Positions 1 through 11,686 of a DNA stretch of 64,000 bases are shown here, piece by piece. This stretch comes from Pocillopora damicornis (taxonomy: Eukaryota). A program made the translations under genes and the position numbers. A model generated the notes under the pieces. The model did not search any database. It was not told where the DNA came from and worked only from the letters and a program-made list of their open reading frames with translations. Each line of letters begins with the position of its first letter. Positions within the stretch are counted from its first letter, which is position 1. The stretch spans positions 248,001-312,000 of the forward strand of contig NW_020847750.1 in NCBI RefSeq assembly GCF_003704095.1. The letters are read 5' to 3'.

Positions 1-535
1 TGGTGCTTTTACTTGTTTATTTATTTTCGTTTTGCTTTTTCAGCTGTTAGCATATGCCCTGAAGAAGGACTAACGCTCGACACGTCAAAGAAACGGTGGG
101 CGGTGGACGGTAAACGGTTTACAAGATCAACTCAGTTGATAAAACCTGATAATCGAGGGTATGTTAATCGTGCGCAAGGACTTAGGGGAAGGAAAAGGAA
201 AAGAAGGAGACTTTTTTTTCAGTCTATGAATTAATTCTACCCTCCTTGGGCAAGTGTTTACATTCTATCGCCCAGGGTTAAAAACAAAACAAAACAAAAC
301 AAAAAGCAGCGTTTCAGTTACCTTTTAGTTTTGAATAAAACAAAATTAGTTCACAAAATACAGTTTACAGGTATTATACGAACAGCTCTTTTAACGAGAT
401 ATTGAACCCTAAAGCAAGGCATTTGTTACTTATCCCTTTTCCATCTTTGACATATTATAATTGGGTAGTCTCATACGGCTAAGTGGTAACAATTATATGG
501 TAAGATCTGGGTACGAGATTAATAATTGGGTACTT

Positions 536-742
536 AAGGGACCAGTCAGTATTTATCACCGGGGAAGGGGGGGAAAGGATGTTTGGGGAGGATCACGTGG
601 TTTTTAAGGGGAATCGAGGGGGGAACAGTGGTCACTTGCAGGGTACAAACGAAGGGGAGGTGCCAATAGAAAATTGTCTGCTAACGATGGGAAATCACTA
701 GAGTACCACCCCCGGGCGATGAGTAATGACTGGTCTCTAATT
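536..742. mobile_element. Non-autonomous DNA element (MITE-like) with TAAGGGACC(A/G)GTCA...TGACTGGTC(C/T)CT termini
   Basis: Inverted ends aagggaccagtcagta / taatgactggtctcta around a G-rich core. Related copies at ~3197-3640, ~17092-17302 (inverted) and ~54870-55063. Confidence 0.65.
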
Positions 743-934
743 AAGAGGTGAACGATGGTAATCGCTCTCATTCTACATAAAACAACCTGTATTAGCATTA
801 CTGCTGTTCTAAGCCAGTAAAAAACATCTAATTATGAAAACTATAAATGAATGCTGACCTTGCAAGTGTAAAAGTAAACCTCCCTGCAACAGAAAAGTTG
901 CCCCAAGGCCTCAACTATTTACTCGTTAGCCTCT

Positions 935-3900
935 TTAAAGCCATACTACTTCTACATCATTCGCCTTTTTGCGCCTGCCCAGCTCAATCCTTTTCCCACA
1001 GTAAGGTATCCCGTAATCGTCTTCGGCTGCCTCAGCTTCCTCAATAGTTTGGTGCATAGGAGAATAGAGTGTCTCTGGAATCCAATACATTAAAATCCCA
1101 GCGAGCGTTGTAACCACGCCAAAAATCACAACTGGGAAGACAATACTGAGGCCTGGAAGCTGACTCTGGAGTGAGAAATTCGATAAATTCATTTCAGAAG
1201 TGTTTGTGATCGCACAGCTCTTGAAGCTTGTAAGTAAGATTAAGATAAGCCGAGTGGCGACATCTTAGGCGGGTTGATGCTTGTTGTGTAAAATTTGTGT
1301 AAATATCTCTCAGTGAGTACGTGCGCTATGATTGGTCGATTTCACTGTACGACCTGCTAAATTCAAAAATCTGTTTCAAGCATAATTTCCCCCCTCTATT
1401 TGAACTCAGAGATATAATAAATATCTCATTAGCCTCGTTTACTCGGTCCGCAAACTGTAAGTTATGGAACCTTGTTTTTTTTTTTTTTGTTATTGTTGTT
1501 GTTTTTTCAGAATTGGATTTATAGCATGTGCACTTCGCGCATGGGTCATAAATCCAGGCGGAAATATTAACTCGGTCCGTAACTAACAGAATGGACCATG
1601 GAAAAAAACGGACGGTTTCTTACCATCAAAACAACATAAGGCGCCAATATTCCACCAATCCGTGCACCGGTCGACCCTATACCTTGACCCGTGTTTCTAT
1701 TGAGATAAAAAAGGTAAATTGCACGAGTTTTCAAGACCAATTACACTGCGCAGCGGAAAACAAAACAAGTGCCTCATCAAACGCAGACGTTCAAATGAAT
1801 TAGCCCTCCATGATTACCTTAGAACGGTTGGAAACAACTCAGAGGTCATCAAGTAAATACTTGTCCGAGTGCAGTCGATCAACAGGTATCCAAAGAGGGA
1901 CAATACCGTTGTTGCCACGTCAGATTCTGAAAATATATTGATACAAAAGGCTTCACTCAGCTGACCATTAAGAGATCCTGGTTTGGTCATGTCTGGAACT
2001 TGTTTTGATGTCACCAAAAGACACTCGACGAGATAGCGAAGCATGCTAACCAGCCTTCTTGGTCTCATTTTTGAGAGAAAGTTTCTGTGTTTTTTAACAT
2101 ATTGTCGAGGCCAAAAAAATGACTATTTTGCACGAACATAAAAGAATAGCACTCTGGTCCACGTTTACTATCCTCCTTGCTAGACATCACGGTCAAGGAT
2201 GCAAGAGAGAAAGCCTGGAGACAAGTGTCGTAATTCAAAACCAAAGAGAAATTTGTAAAAGAGTCAGTTAGAAGCAAAAGAAAAACAAACTTCCCGAGGC
2301 GCAGCAAAACGCAACCCGATTAGCATTGTTGTTGCGTTCAATTAACTGAGATGGTAAAGTGGGATTGATGCGAGGTAACACATCCCAAATGCAAAGTTAG
2401 ATTCCTTTACTCGCTTAAGTTTGTTATAATGTGTTACCTTACCTTTGTGCACCAGCAAAACCAAGAGAAAGATGGCGCCCACGAGGATCATGATAATGCC
2501 ATGACAAATGCGGCGACCAAATCTGAGAAAAATACGATCACAATCAGCATCCCTAGCAACAGAAACCTGACATACAGCCGCCCAGACAGTAATTACGACC
2601 GACAGTTTTTTTTTTCATTTCCATACGATGTAGCGTCCAGTCATTTTCTCACTTGACCCACAGCTAACAGCTCAGCGTTTGAACACCTAAAGGTGGTGGT
2701 AAATTTCCTTAGGATTTTGTTGAATGAGAGTTTGTTGTTAATCAGGAAAACACCGTTTATTTGATAAATCAATGTGTTAATATTCTGAGGGGAAACTTAA
2801 ATTTTGAGCACCTTTGAGAGTCAAAAATTGCGTCTTTTTCCACACCAGTGGGATTATACTGTTTTCTGCTACTCACTTTACTTAAAAACACTTATTTTAC
2901 TGTGATCTAAGATAAAACACTTCTTGCGGAGCTGAATATGGTAAGGATTGAATTTAAAAAAGTTACAATACTTGATACGGAAAAAACTTCCATGTTTACT
3001 TTAAATATAGAATCCACGTGACGGGTATTCGGACAACTGTGAGGATCTCTATAACAACGTAACTAACATAGAGGTCACCGACCAATAGGGAGATGAATAT
3101 GAACATCCCAACATTGACCATGGCTACCACAAACCTGCGGGAGTGACAGATAAAAACTCTTTAAGGACCGTTCCTGACACCGGGGATGCAGTATTTTAGG
3201 GACCATTCACTTTTTTTCCCCAGAGAAGGGAGGGGTGTGGAGGATTTTTGGAGCAGCACTTGGTTTTCAAGGAGAATGGAGGGAGTATCAGTCGTCGCTA
3301 ACAACAGAGTAAAAATAGGGGACTATAGAAAATTGACTGTCAATTAACTTCCAAAGTGAGGCAACCACAAGAATATGATTGATCCTTATGAGGGGGGATC
3401 TGGTAAATTTGATNNNNNNNNNNNNNNNNNNNNNNNNNNNNNNNNNNNNNNNNNNNNNNNNNNNNNNNNNNNNNNNNNNNNNNNNNNNNNNNNNNNNNNN
3501 NNNNNNNNNNNNNGCAACCACAAGAATATGATTGATCCTTATGAGGGGGGATCTGGTAAATTTGATCGTGACACAACCAAAATCCTCCAACACCCTCTCC
3601 CCAGAGGGAGAGACCCTGGGGAGAGAGACCGGTCCCTTAGGAAACGACTATGTTGACCTTCTCTAAATTAAGTGACAGCAATAACAACGTATTGGATGAA
3701 AGCACAAGTACCTTACGACTAACTTTTAGTTACCCTTATCGGATTAAAAAAAGTACCTGCACACGATAATAAACATGTTTGTTTGTTTGTTTATCATACC
3801 ACTGATAACAGATGATTGCCGTCCACTTCCTGAGCTTCGGCGTAAGAAACATGTGGATGGGATTATACTTTTTTGCTGTCTTTTCTCGCTCGATCTGTTC

Positions 3901-5806
3901 CCTTCTTACTCCCTCCAATAGAGATCGTATCACTTCTGAATCTAAAGGTTTCTCATCTTTGCTTCCAAAAGCCTCGATGATGGATTTAGCCTCGTCCAGT
4001 TGGTCGTGAGCGACAAGCCATCGGGGAGATTCTGGAATAAGCCTGTGGAATTGCAAATCAGATTTTGTTAGTCCATCACTCGAAGGATTGATGGATTTTG
4101 GTTAGAATGTTAGTCAGCAAAACAGTCTCATTCTAAGAGTGTTAGTCAGGAGGCCAGTCAGTTAGCCAGCTAGCGAGTCAGTCTGTCAGTCAGCCAGTCA
4201 GTCAATGAGTCTGTAAGTCAAATAGTCAGTCAGTCAATGAGTTTGTAAGTCAAATAGTCAGTCAGTTAGTTAGTCAGTCAGAAGGCCAGTCAGTTAGCCA
4301 GCTAGCGAGTCATTCTATCAGTCAGCCAGTCAGTCAATGAGTCTGTAAGTCAAATAGTCAGTCAGTCAATTAGTCAGTCAGCAAATCAGCCGGCCAATCA
4401 GTCAGCCAATCGGTCAGTCAATTTGTCAGTTAGTCAGTGAGCCAGTGAATCGGTCAGTCAGTGAGCTAGCCAATCACTCAGTGAGTCAGTGAGTGAGTCA
4501 TTCAGTCAGTCAGCCAACCAATGAGTCAGCGAGTCAGCGAGTCTGTCAGACAGTCAGTCAATCAACAAAGAAGCAAGAGAGAGACAGAGATAAAAGGAAC
4601 ACGTTGTCATTGTGTACATACTTCCAAAATGGGAATAGCAAAGTAGCTGGGACAGTAGCTATCAAACTCAGATTCCTCCAGTCGCGTTCAAGATAAGCGA
4701 TGAGGACAAACAACATTTGAAAGCCATTGTAGTAAAAATACGTAACATTTCCAGTAGCTGTTCTACTATTCGGGCCAACCAATTCCATTCCGTAAATGTA
4801 AAGGGAGAGCATCACTCCAGTCAAGCCAAAACCGACCATGAAGCGAAGAACCGCGAATAACGGAATAGAATGAACAAAAGCTGAAGGAAAGCCGGTAATC
4901 AACTGAAAAATTACAATGAATCAAGGTAAACAAATACAAGTGATTCAGTTTAAGCCTGCCCGTCAAGGCGTGAAATTCAAACTTTCCACCCCGAAGGATC
5001 TCATAGACCTCATTTGCCCGTTGGATCCTATAAAAGTAAAAATTAACATTGCCAGGAGCCCATTGCTGATTAATGACTAAGCCGTGGTTGCGGCCATCTT
5101 ACCATGATTGCATTGCAGATGAAGATACATTTCTTTCGGCCCCAGGCGTCTGAAATCATCCCGGTCACAAGTGAACCTACCAACATTCCAGCAAAGAAAC
5201 AGGACTGTATCGTTGCACCCAGGAACGCGCGGTCACAAATCAAGTTCCACTTAAACATAAATGGAAAGAAGGGAAAGGAAATGGTTATTTGATTGAAATA
5301 ATTCTCGGTCGTCTTTCTGTCCGTCTGCCTTCATGTTAGTTCTTCGCCTTCCTCTTTGTCCGTCTGTTCATCAGATCATTTGCCTGTTTGTCTGCCCGTG
5401 TATATGCTCGTCTCTCCTCCTACCTATCCGTTTGTTTGCCTGCCTGCGCTCATGGCCACCCGTGCATCATTGGCCTGACTTAAACCCCTGTTCACTCCTC
5501 CTCCCCCACCCCCCAGAAACGTCTTACCTCAGACACGGTGCTCTGAAGAGGTCCTATAAATTCGTAAGCGTGACATCCATCACAACATTTCCTTGCCTCG
5601 CACGTGACATTTGGTGTCACACACTGAAACTTAGGAATACCAAAACCAAACACTAACAAAGAGAACTGGTTTGTTACTGGAAAAACAAGCAATAAAGTGC
5701 AGAAATATAAGATTTTTTGGTATTTTCCAAAGGAGGACACGTGTTCAAAAATATCGTCAAACTCAAATGAGCGGCTCTTCTCCTCTGTTACGGAACTGTC
5801 GGCCAT
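935..5806 (-). CDS. SLC22 / organic cation transporter-like MFS protein, 9 coding exons, ~525 aa
   Basis: Exons 5806-5528, 5249-5103, 4902-4622, 4042-3800, 3134-3000, 2522-2443, 1926-1818, 1696-1624 and 1165-935 are all bounded by GT-AG, phase-compatible, and sum to 1578 nt. SLC22 motifs: FDDIF..V..FGKYQ, STVSEWNLIC, SDAWGRK, ELVGP..R, IPESPRWL, FGRR, ELFPTVLRN, RIGGILAP, PET. Confidence 0.93.
4140..4563. repeat. Degenerate (CAGT)n microsatellite in SLC22 intron 3 with an internal higher-order duplication
   Basis: Long run of agtc/cagt units. The block gccagtcagttagccagctagcgagtca occurs at ~4153 and ~4285. Confidence 0.9.
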
Positions 5807-7669
5807 TGTTCTAAAATAAGACGAACAAAGGCGAGTTATTCTCAGAGGTCAAGGTGAAAATCGCGGGAATTATGATCTGAGTCAATAAATGATTAACTAC
5901 ATATGGACCCTCGTTAAAAAACAACCTCGCAAGCCCTAGCGGTAAAAGCTATTCTTCTGAGAAAACCATTGTCCCTCTTGTTTCCTCTGCGGCCGTTGTT
6001 TGATTTCGTCAGGCAACGAGCTCTCTGATAGAGGAGAAACCAAATGACGGCTGCGGAGGAGACCATGATCTCTCTCGCACGCTTTGCGTGACGAAAGAGA
6101 TTAGGAAACCTGTGCCTAAGATAATATAAGAAAGTTGCGTCGATGGAAGGAAAGAATCATATGTGTCTTTTTTCCCGCAGCTCACTAAAAAAACGCCACT
6201 CTGCAGATCAGCCGAGTTTTAAAAATCAATTAAAATACTTCTATGTAAAGTACGGCGTCTCATTCCAGTCAAAAGAGATACTTATCGGTTCTACTGTTTT
6301 CTCAAGCCAAGCTTAGCTGCGAATAACATCGGTTATGCATCAGCTTTAATTTGTTCGAAGAACTTAACTTGTGCCGGATTTACCATTTGTCAAGAGAAAA
6401 ACTGTAATTCAGCATTGGAATAATTCCAGCCCATCTTAATCAGTTTGGGGAGATCCACAATGGAATTTTATTTTGACTCATGTGAGTTGCGGAAGCTCAA
6501 CCTGGTCTGAATGTTTTCACCGGGCATTCTTTTGTTTGGAGCAGGAGATCGTTAATTAGAACCCGAAATAAAGTAGGTCGCGGAAACCAGAATGGCGAGG
6601 TGTCTCCGTGGTAAGTTGATTACTCATACTAATAAATACACATTACGTAGGTTTGAGATTAAAGAAGGTAACAAGGCTTGATAACAGTACTAACCTTAAT
6701 TTCAAGGGTTCAAATTTCCGAACCAAAGTCTGAGAGATTTTTATTCTGTAATACGCATTCAGTTGCCTACAAGTAACGTTTATGTCTTGCAACTTGCTGC
6801 GTGTCAGAAAAGTATGCGATATACATTATGCAAAGAGGTATCAGATGTAACTTTCGTCTGATCGCATTGTTTTTGTGGAGAGCTATTTTCAACATATTAA
6901 GTGTCAAAGCCGGCAAAGGATACGTTCTTCTTCCTCGTTTCGAATTGCAAGCCTGCTTCCAACTTGGAGATTTTGGCTCCTTCTTTATCCATTTTTTTTT
7001 TCTTTCTCTTCCCACTAATTGCTTCTTGTTGCAGTGTGCATCAAAAAGCCTTCCTACGCCTTCTCATCTTTGTGATTCACTCATCTACGGTGGCAAAAAT
7101 GTGTAAGAGTAATCTCGCCAAGGTCACGTGCTCACTTGGCTGCCAAAATTTGACTCCGCTCGGGAACAAGCTGGAATGTCTAGGGCACCATAAGTCATTC
7201 CCTGAGGCTCTGATATCAATTGACATGCACGAACTTATTTAAGTTTGTACAAATCAACTGACAACCTTCTTAAAACTACCAGAAAACTTTGCTAAAATTA
7301 TATTGATGTATTTTGTTTGTTATTCATTGAAATTGAGTTAGTGTACTAAAAAAAGATAAAGTTAGCCTTCAGATACAATAAGTGGTCTAAATTCTCTTCA
7401 ATTTTACATACATTTTTTTGCTTCATTTTTTTTCTCCTTTATTTTCTCACTGGTTTTTTTTCTTATACTTAGAAGCAGAAACAAATTTGTCACCGCTGTG
7501 TAGTTACGCAACAAGGTGATATACAACAATGCATGGTAATCTCGGCGCGCCATAATGACAGCTGCCTAAGATGATCTGGGTCGAGTTGCATCAGAACGAG
7601 GCATCGAGGGCCACTATTTTTAGTGTTTACTCATGCTAATAAGAAAATCATAGTCGAGTTGTTCGTAGT

Positions 7670-7899
7670 CTGGTTAAGGTAACCCAGAGTTAGTGTGAAA
7701 TCTGATTTCAGGGCTGAAAGCTTTAAAAGAAAATTCAGTCTAATTTTGTTGTCTACAATCTGATAACAGGATGTTCTAAAAGGAATAGAAAAAATTATCC
7801 TTTATTAAGGCTTTTGAACAGAGGAATAAAGAATCTCATGATGCCAGGATAAAATTGAACCATGGGTTAGCGCTAGTTGGCCTTCAAACAACTGGGCCC
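7670..7899. mobile_element. Partial MITE (GGGCCCAGTTGTT-type terminus)
   Basis: Near-identical to 8400-8642 (ggttaag.taaccca..gttagtgtgaaatctgatttcag ... gggttagcgcta...aacaactgggccc). The left end is missing. Confidence 0.7.
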
Positions 7900-8135
7900 A
7901 TGCCTAAAAACTGCTGTGTTTCAGAGTGTACAAAGAAGGTTTACGAAGAGAATGGAATGAAAATATCTTTCCACAAGTTCCNNNNNNNNNNNNNNNNNNN
8001 NNNNNNNNNNNNNNNNNNNNNNNNNNNNNNNNNNNNNNNNNNNNNNNNNNNNNNNNNNNNNNNNNNNNNNNNNNNNNNNNNTACAAAGAAGGTTTACGAA
8101 GAGAATGGAATGAAAATATCTTTCCACAAGTTCCT
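7900..8135 (+). pseudogene. Truncated THAP zinc-finger N-terminus, transposon-derived fragment
   Basis: MPKNCCVSECTKKVYEENGMKISFHKF matches the THAP start (MP..C.V..C......SFH.FP). The later W...C..HF motifs are absent. It spans an assembly gap and is flanked by MITEs. Confidence 0.6.
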
Positions 8136-8399
8136 AGAGAGACCCATTACAGATATTACACCCATCTGGCTTTGCGGTCGTATGTATTCCTCATGAATCG
8201 ATGAGCTTTTCTCCGATTGGCCTAACGTTCAGATAAATTTCCTGTCAGGGTTAAAAGGGTCGTTTGAAACCCTCTTATCGCCCTTTCTTCAAAGAAGGTG
8301 TGGCAATAGAACCAATCTAAACTAACTCAAGGCAATGCGAGATTTCTCTCACGATTTTCACAATGCATCTATCTATTATGCAAAATCTCAGTTAATATT

Positions 8400-8642
8400 C
8401 TGGGCCGGGTTGTTCAAAGCTAGGTTAAGATAACCCAGGGTTAGTGTGAAATCTGATTTCAGATCTGATGGCTTTAGAGAAAATTCAGTCGGATTCTTTT
8501 TGTCAAGAATATGATTATTTGATGCTCTATAAAGAACACCGGAAACTATCCCAAAAAGGCATTTGAATAAAGGAATAAAGAAATTCAGATCAAAATTTAA
8601 CCTTGGGTTAGCGCTAATCAACCTTCGAACAACTGGGCCCTG
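8400..8642. mobile_element. Complete MITE with terminal inverted repeats
   Basis: Ends ctgggccgggttgttcaaag ... cttcgaacaactgggccctg are imperfect inverted repeats, with internal taaccc/gggtta inverted motifs. Confidence 0.75.
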
Positions 8643-9740
8643 ATTTTTAACTTGAATTAAGGCTCAAATTAAATGTCATCGTTTCCTTTTTTGTGTATAT
8701 GTGTATGTGTATGCAGTTTACACCTCTGATTTAAACAAACTTGTTCAAGAACTATAATGAAAATTCCTTCCTCTCATACATAGATAGGAAAGCTTTTATT
8801 AAGAGAGTGGATCAACCTGCGGGTTAAATTAATTTACTGCCCGTCGGTAATCTAAACATAATGAAAGAACGCAAATGTATCAAATGCGTGTATTTGTGTT
8901 TTCTAAATCAGGTTCAATTGACAATCATTTCCTTTTTCATCGAACTTTGAAAAGAAGGAGTATTTTAGTTTTCTTTAGCAGGTTTGTGTCTTGTTTATAC
9001 TTAGTTTAAACTTTTGAATAATTCTTTCTAATCATTTTCATTTGGACTACGATGGCAATTAGCGCTGGAGAAGTCTCTCACGCAGTTTTNNNNNNNNNNN
9101 NNNNNNNNNNNNNNNNNNNNNNNNNNNNNNNNNNNNNNNNNNNNNNNNNNNNNNNNNNNNNNNNNNNNNNNNNNNNNNNNNNNNNNNNNTTCATTTGGAC
9201 TACGATGGCAATTAGCGCTGGAGAAGTCTCTCACGCAGTTTTAAATTTGCCTATTTTGCGTTCTCTAATTAGGAACTACCACATACAAAGATTAAGCAAT
9301 GTGTTAATTTCGAATCATCAGTTGATGGTACAGCTGAAATAATTTTTCTCTTTTTCTCTTAAAGATATCCTCATTTTCTTTATCAATAATAAAACTTGGA
9401 AAAAAAGTAAGGACTTAAATTTCCTTTATCCCGTCATCTTCGCTCAAATTTCACTCTGTTAACGGACCAAGGTGATTTGACGATGGAACGGGAAATTACA
9501 AAAGATTTCCTTTGGGATATTTCATAAACCAGCATGCCTGTGGATTAATTAGATGAAAATGAATTATTGAATTGTATCATTTGCCCATAAAGTGTTCACA
9601 ATCAGTTCGTAAAGTCGCCAAGCGGTACACGCTACAAATTGAACAACAAGGGAGGTTGAAAACTGTCGAACTTCCTGCCTGCACAAGTCAAGAATCCTAT
9701 TCTTAGGCAAGAGAAACTCAGGCTAGGCCTGTCTTGTAAG

Positions 9741-11455
9741 ATGGCTTCGCAAATGCAGGATTACAGGAACACCACCACAAATCAATTTTTGCCTGTCTAT
9801 TGGGCTGGCTGCCAGCAATGCACTTGTGAAATTTGCACCTCCCGTGACCCGAACCGGAACAGCGAATCCTCACTGGTCGAGCCTAGCGCTGAGGCTCGAA
9901 GACCTTCATTTACAATCGAATCTCTTCTTAGCCGAAAGGACGAGAGAAAGCCCGAAGTGAAGCCGAGCATGGAGACATTTACAACTCTGAACATGAATTT
10001 GGTCTCAAGTAACTCTGCCACACAGTTTCAGAGTGAAAGATCTGAGTTTCCTTTTGGATCTAACTATCTCGAAAGTTTACGAAGGCAGAGTTTTAGCATG
10101 GAGCAGTTTTCTTTGTTAGCGAGAGGAAACGTTCCAACGAGTGGTAGGTTGATCGAGTCTGATCTTTTCACAGTAAATGTTGAGATGGTAAAAAAAAAAA
10201 AAAAATTCAGATCGGCATAATCTGGCTATTTCGATTTTTTGGGATCTGAGCAACTTACGGTTCGTGTTGGACGCCCTTTCAATATTTTGCAAATTGCAAA
10301 CTGCCAGTCCGATAAAAAATAGACCGAGTTCTTGATTTGTGATGTGTTTTGGATTGTTTAGACGCGAAATATTCGTAATACTCATCGATTTTAAGAAGAA
10401 GAAGATTTTCCTTGTACTTAAAATGTGGAAGTCTACTTATAAAAGCAGACGATGTGTCGCCCATGGTTTAGAAAACGTCTCCAAGGCCGAGTGGACGAGA
10501 GTTCTTGAAGAAATTAAAAAAAGCCTTAGTTCAAATCTATCAGGAAGTACATTGCTATTTATTTCTCTTGTTTTCTTCTATAAAAATAAAAATAGCAAAA
10601 CTTTTGTCATAATTCTTTATAAAATCTTAATCTTTCCTTTAAAGATCTACTTTTACGACTTTGTCTGTTTTTTCTAGTTTTTCATTGAGATGGTAAATTT
10701 GATTTCAAAACAAGCGAAGTTTTAAATATTACGAAAAATCTTCTTGTCAAGTCAGTTCCAAAGCAGTTTGCATGTCTTCATTTTTAATCGTAAAATGTGA
10801 ATTTGAGAGTAATTTTTACAATTTCATGCGATGATTTTACAATTTATTACAATTTACTATTTTTGCTCCTTTGAAGCTAATACTCTGCTAATTAGAAGTT
10901 TCATAATCGATGAGATACTTCCTTTCCTGCATGTTTAAATGCTCATTTCCGATGATTTAATTTCATTTGATTCTTTTCTTAATTGCCACAGGAAATTTCA
11001 TCTCACAGGGCGATGAAATCGACTGGACCGGTGAGAAACCAAAACGCATGCGCACGATTTTTACCGTGGAGCAGCTGGAGCGCCTGGAGAGAGAGTTTAC
11101 ACGCCAGCAATACATGGTGGGAGGGCAACGGTTTTATCTGTCAAAAGAGCTTGGACTGACAGAAACTCAGGTCAAAGTTTGGTTTCAAAATCGTCGAATA
11201 AAATGGAGGAAACAGCTCATAGAGCAAGAAAGGAATAAGGTCAGGCAACAGAAGGAGCCAGACNNNNNNNNNNNNNNNNNNNNNNNNNNNNNNNNNNNNN
11301 NNNNNNNNNNNNNNNNNNNNNNNNNNNNNNNNNNNNNNNNNNNNNNNNNNNNNNNNNNNNNNNAACAGCTCATAGAGCAAGAAAGGAATAAGGTCAGGCA
11401 ACAGAAGGAGCCAGACGTTGGCGGCAACATGAAGACAGAAGACGTCAATAACTGA
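9741..11455 (+). CDS. Not: Not/Noto-family homeobox transcription factor (Not-A), 2 exons, ~237 aa
   Basis: Exon 1 is 9741-10143 (donor G|GTAGGT) and exon 2 starts at 10992 (cacag|GA). Homeodomain [60 protein letters not shown] carries the Not-diagnostic QQYMVG and NRRIKWRKQ. eh1 motif SFTIESLL. The gap 11264-11363 is flanked by a duplicated 53-mer; removing gap plus duplicate keeps the frame. Confidence 0.92.
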
Positions 11456-11686
11456 AAATAGAACATTATTGATGAGTAAGGAGCTGGACTGTTCCGAGAT
11501 GTCTGTCTCTGCTGTTTTAGTTTTTCCTTGCAATGGCGAATACTGTGTGTTTTTTTTTTTTCGTGTTATTTTTTATTTTGTATTTCTCTCGTTCTTTGTT
11601 AAGGCATAATTATTCCTTTCATTTGCTTGATGAAAAATGGAGTGACAAATGTTATAGAGAGTCTCTCCTTTAATGTTTCAAATAGT

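Noticed and set aside
3361-3566. Direct repeats of ~50-55 bp flanking N gaps (also at ~7929/8082, ~9037/9190 and 11211/11364)
   Set aside because: Exact contig-end overlaps around 100-N gaps. These are assembly artefacts, not biological duplications.
6767-7242. Overlapping short ORFs, including a Lys/Arg-rich one
   Set aside because: Non-ATG or low-complexity, with no recognisable family or convincing splice structure.
7855-8196. 113-aa ORF as an intact THAP gene
   Set aside because: The length is inflated by the gap and the duplicated overlap. The THAP domain is truncated and the upstream part derives from a MITE.
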